A stretch of 64,000 nucleotides of DNA. It comes from Thermoplasmatota archaeon (GTDB taxonomy: Archaea; Thermoplasmatota; E2; DHVEG-1; B18-G2). The notes beneath the pieces are model-generated. The model made no database searches and was not told where the DNA came from. It was given only the letters and a program-made list of their open reading frames with translations. The DNA is taken from assembly GCA_029259115.1 (NCBI GenBank), contig JAPDJO010000029.1:32001-96000 (forward strand), in the 5' to 3' direction. Positions 60,789 through 64,000 of this stretch are shown here, piece by piece. Numbering within the stretch: position 1 is the stretch's first letter; each line of letters opens with the position of its first letter. The position numbers and the translations under genes were made by a program.

Positions 60789-62054
60789 TTGGCTGTAAAG
60801 GCTGTAATAGGCACACAGTGGGGGGATGAGGGTAAAGGTAAGATAGTTGATTTTCTTTCAAAAGACGTAGACTACGTTGTTAGATTTCAAGGTGGAAGCA
60901 ACGCGGGTCACACTATAAAGATAGGAAATCAAACCTTCAAATTTCATCTTTTACCATCTGGGGTTATAAGGGGAAAGATTGGAGTAATAGCAAATGGTGT
61001 AGTGGTTGATCCTGAGGTTTTGATAGGAGAAGTTGAAAAACTCAAGGAAAAAGGGATAGAGCCAAAGTTGATGATAAGCGATAGAGCAAACGTGGTCATG
61101 CCATATCACAAATTATTGGACGGAGCCGAGGAGACTTATCTTGGGAAGAAAAAGATAGGGACAACAAGGAGAGGGATAGGACCATGCTACAGTGATAAGG
61201 TCGCGAGGAGAGGGATAAGGGTAGGAGACCTCTTAGATAGATCCGTACTCAGAGAGAAACTTGAGATGATAGTTCCGATAAAGAAGAATCTGTTGAAGAT
61301 ATATGGTATGGAGGAGTCTCGCATAGATGTCGAAGATTTGATTGATAGATATTCCGACTATGGAAACAAAATCAGGGCATTTGTGAAGGATACAACCTTA
61401 GAACTCAACAGAGCCATAAAGGAGGGAAAGGAAATACTCCTAGAGGGTGCACAGGGCGTTATGCTAGATGTTGATTTCGGTACTTATCCATTCACGACCT
61501 CATCCAACACCATCTCTGGAGGAGCATGTACCGGTTCAGGTATAAGTCCTAAATTGATAAATGAGATAATAGGTGTAGTTAAGGCATATACCACAAGAGT
61601 TGGCAGCGGACCTCTTCCAACAGAGTTGAAAGATGAGATAGGCAAACATCTTCAAGAAAAAGGAGGAGAGTTTGGTACAACAACCGGGAGAGCTAGAAGA
61701 TGCGGCTGGCTTGATCTTGTTGTTGTAAAATATGCTTGCATGATATGCGGGATAGATAAGATAGCCATAACAAAGCTTGATGTTTTAGATGGGTTGAAAA
61801 AAGTAAAGATCTGTGTAGGGTATGACTATAATGGAGAAACCATAGAAAACTTTCCATCTGATATAAGAGTCCTTGAGAATATAAAGCCCATTTATGAAGA
61901 GTTTGATGGATGGGAGTCTACAAAGAATGTAAAAAGTTTCGAAGAGCTTCCAAAGAGTGCTAAAGATTACATAAGGTTCATAGAGGATTTTCTCAATGTT
62001 CCCGTAGAGATGATATCCGTAGGAGCGGAGAGAGAGAAAACTATATTTGTTTAG
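60789..62054 (+). CDS. purA: Adenylosuccinate synthetase
   Basis: QWGDEGKGK, GGSNAGHT, EGAQG and GTTTGRARRCGWLD motifs. Confidence 0.97.
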   Translation: MAVKAVIGTQWGDEGKGKIVDFLSKDVDYVVRFQGGSNAGHTIKIGNQTFKFHLLPSGVIRGKIGVIANGVVVDPEVLIGEVEKLKEKGIEPKLMISDRANVVMPYHKLLDGAEETYLGKKKIGTTRRGIGPCYSDKVARRGIRVGDLLDRSVLREKLEMIVPIKKNLLKIYGMEESRIDVEDLIDRYSDYGNKIRAFVKDTTLELNRAIKEGKEILLEGAQGVMLDVDFGTYPFTTSSNTISGGACTGSGISPKLINEIIGVVKAYTTRVGSGPLPTELKDEIGKHLQEKGGEFGTTTGRARRCGWLDLVVVKYACMICGIDKIAITKLDVLDGLKKVKICVGYDYNGETIENFPSDIRVLENIKPIYEEFDGWESTKNVKSFEELPKSAKDYIRFIEDFLNVPVEMISVGAEREKTIFV

Positions 62055-62313
62055 ATTTTGTGAGAATATTTTTTATTTCAATAACACTGGTTATCTTTCT
62101 ACCATCCGGCATTAGCAAAATCGGAGCTGTTCTTTGGAGATCAGAATAAACCTCATAATAGCAAGCCTCTGCAAGCTGTTCAGGTGTCCAGTCTTTGATA
62201 TCATGTGGATATGTTTTTATCTCGACTTCAACATCTTCTGGTATTTTCTTCTTCACGTATTCACATCTCTCACAGTTTTCTAAGCTAAATAGAATTGGCT
62301 TTTCCCTCATCAA
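62041..62313 (-). CDS. Glutaredoxin-like protein
   Basis: CERC motif and TAP cis-Pro loop; 90 aa. Confidence 0.7.
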   Translation of the reverse strand: MMREKPILFSLENCERCEYVKKKIPEDVEVEIKTYPHDIKDWTPEQLAEACYYEVYSDLQRTAPILLMPDGRKITSVIEIKNILTKSKQI

Positions 62314-62398
62314 AAACTTGTATCAAATCCATTGTTTTAAGTTTTGTTAGACAATTCCAAAGGAAAATCTAATTAAACATTTATTCGTTAGACAGGTT

Positions 62399-63886
62399 AT
62401 GTTCGATTCCCTTAAAATAGTATTAAGGGATCTTGGAGGTTTACTAATAATAGTCGGTTTTCTCACCTTTTTCGTCTTAATCATTCCATTGATTTTTCAT
62501 GAATATGAAGCGATCAAGCCCATACTACTAACAGCAATGGTGTACTTTGGCACAGGGGCGCCGCTCTACTTTGGTCTAAAGAGGTCTGGAGAAACAAACC
62601 TTAGATTAGCTATGGCAACAGCAGCATTTGGATGGCTTGTTGTTTCTGTTATAGGGGCTATCCCTTTTCTCTACATGTCTGAATATGGGCTGAATATTGG
62701 AATGGATCCCGTATCTGCTATTTTCGAATCAGTGGCAGGATGGACGGGTACAGGTTTAACTATGGTTGTCAATGAAAGTAGATTGCCTTACACCTTACAA
62801 TTCTGGAGGACAATAACCCAATGGGTTGGAGGAGTTGGAGTCATAGTTTTAACATTAGCTATACTGGCTAGACCAGGTACAGGTTCTTTTACCTTGTATA
62901 AATCTGAGGGTAGAGAACAGAAAATTCATCCATCCATAATAGCTACCGTTAGATCCATCTGGTGGATATACCTTTTGTACACTGGCATAGGTATAGCTAT
63001 TCTCTCCATAATTGAAATACTTACGGAACATGGGATCCCTTACACAGATCTAATATGGAGATCCATAAATCACTGTATGACTGGGCTATCTACGGGAGGC
63101 TTCTCTGTAACCGATGATAGCATCGCATCCTACAACATATATTCACAGATAGTGATTATAATTCTCATGATCTTCGGTGCAATAGCGTTTGTCTCGCATT
63201 ATGATCTGTTAAAGGGAAAGGTTAGGAAATTTTTTTCAGATCCTCAAACGAAAGCTCTCTTTTTCCTAATATTCCTAGGTGTGGTATTACTTGTGGCATT
63301 CAACTACCCCTTTAGATCAATCTACAAAGATCTAGAGACCTATATCTTTCAATTTGTCTCTGCAATAACGTGTACAGGTTTTTCAACAGCAGACATATCG
63401 CAATGGAGTGAATCCTCGAAGTTTATCCTATCCTTTGCCATGATTATAGGAGGGGCTGCAGGTTCTACGGCTGGAGGAATAAAACTTTTCAGAGCGGTAC
63501 TTTTAGCTAAAGGTGTAGGATGGAGAATAAAGAAGCTTGTTTCTACACCAAAGAGAGTTTTAGTCTATAAACTGGGAGAAAAGCCTTTATCGGCACAAGA
63601 TGCTTTCGAAGAGGTAAACGAAGCTGCGATAATATCATTCCTATGGATGATATTTCTGTTTGTTGGGGTTTTAGTTGTATCATACTGTATGCCAAACGAA
63701 TCTCTAGGAGATGTTATCTTTGAAGTCTGCTCAGCACAGGGGAATGTTGGTTTATCTGTAGGGATAACCTCTCCAAGTATGCCTATAATGGCTAAATTAA
63801 TGCTTATCTTGAATATGTGGATAGGAAGGCTAGAGATAATACCCGTCGTGGTTATGATAAAGTGTTTGTTCGGTAGAGCTAAGTAA
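62399..63886 (+). CDS. trkH: Trk potassium uptake permease
   Basis: FESVAGWTGTG, STGGF, CTGF, GSTAGGIK, GNVG and GRLE motifs. Confidence 0.93.
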   Translation: MFDSLKIVLRDLGGLLIIVGFLTFFVLIIPLIFHEYEAIKPILLTAMVYFGTGAPLYFGLKRSGETNLRLAMATAAFGWLVVSVIGAIPFLYMSEYGLNIGMDPVSAIFESVAGWTGTGLTMVVNESRLPYTLQFWRTITQWVGGVGVIVLTLAILARPGTGSFTLYKSEGREQKIHPSIIATVRSIWWIYLLYTGIGIAILSIIEILTEHGIPYTDLIWRSINHCMTGLSTGGFSVTDDSIASYNIYSQIVIIILMIFGAIAFVSHYDLLKGKVRKFFSDPQTKALFFLIFLGVVLLVAFNYPFRSIYKDLETYIFQFVSAITCTGFSTADISQWSESSKFILSFAMIIGGAAGSTAGGIKLFRAVLLAKGVGWRIKKLVSTPKRVLVYKLGEKPLSAQDAFEEVNEAAIISFLWMIFLFVGVLVVSYCMPNESLGDVIFEVCSAQGNVGLSVGITSPSMPIMAKLMLILNMWIGRLEIIPVVVMIKCLFGRAK

Positions 63887-63888
63887 AG

Positions 63889-64000
63889 TTAATTCTCTCT
63901 ATTCACTTTTGATACAAACTCTTCCACTTCTCTCTTTAATTTATCATAAACTATATTTCCGGTAAAGGCATCTGCCTTTGCAGCCATTGATATCTTTGAT
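63889..64000 (-). CDS. 3' end of a Nop5/Nop56-like C/D box RNP protein (partial)
   Basis: My translation SKISMAAKADAFTGNIVYDKLKREVEEF...* resembles the C-terminal Nop-domain motif (K+AIAARxDxFxG). Confidence 0.55.
   Translation of the reverse strand, partial: SKISMAAKADAFTGNIVYDKLKREVEEFVSKVNREN

Overview
Low-GC archaeal chromosome segment. The gene set (thermosome, RFC small subunit, class I LysRS, Topo VI A/B, Cdc6/Orc1, Nop5, type A RNase P RNA, GfcR-like regulator) suggests Thermoplasmatota; that placement is an inference. Most of the window is housekeeping: gcvPA/PB, pepD, lysS, mtaB-like, gap, pgk, valS, tmcA, top6AB, speD, purA, trkH, tRNA-Leu(CAA), tRNA-Ala(CGC) and rnpB. Three regions stand out. 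(1) At 5.7-14.0 kb, three LuxE-family acyl-protein synthetase paralogs occur with no luxC/luxD/luxAB, interleaved with a transglutaminase-like protein and two transporters; their 3' ends are nearly identical at the DNA level. (2) A ~14.4 kb element is integrated in the 3' end of tRNA-Ala (34692-49074). It has 64-bp inverted arms around the att core, an integrase whose C-terminus changes on excision, and a P-loop Rep with internal inverted iterons. Its cargo includes a DGQHR protein, a divergent TGT-like protein, a type IIG R-M enzyme, a PIN toxin-antitoxin pair and Orc1/Cdc6. (3) The ac4C writer tmcA overlaps a YqfB-like ASCH gene, a candidate writer/eraser pair. Also seen are a perfectly palindromic operator between a thioredoxin operon and a Cys-rich HTH regulator, an unannotated 34-aa ORF and a truncated methyltransferase remnant. 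All assignments come from motif recognition by eye; no searches were run.
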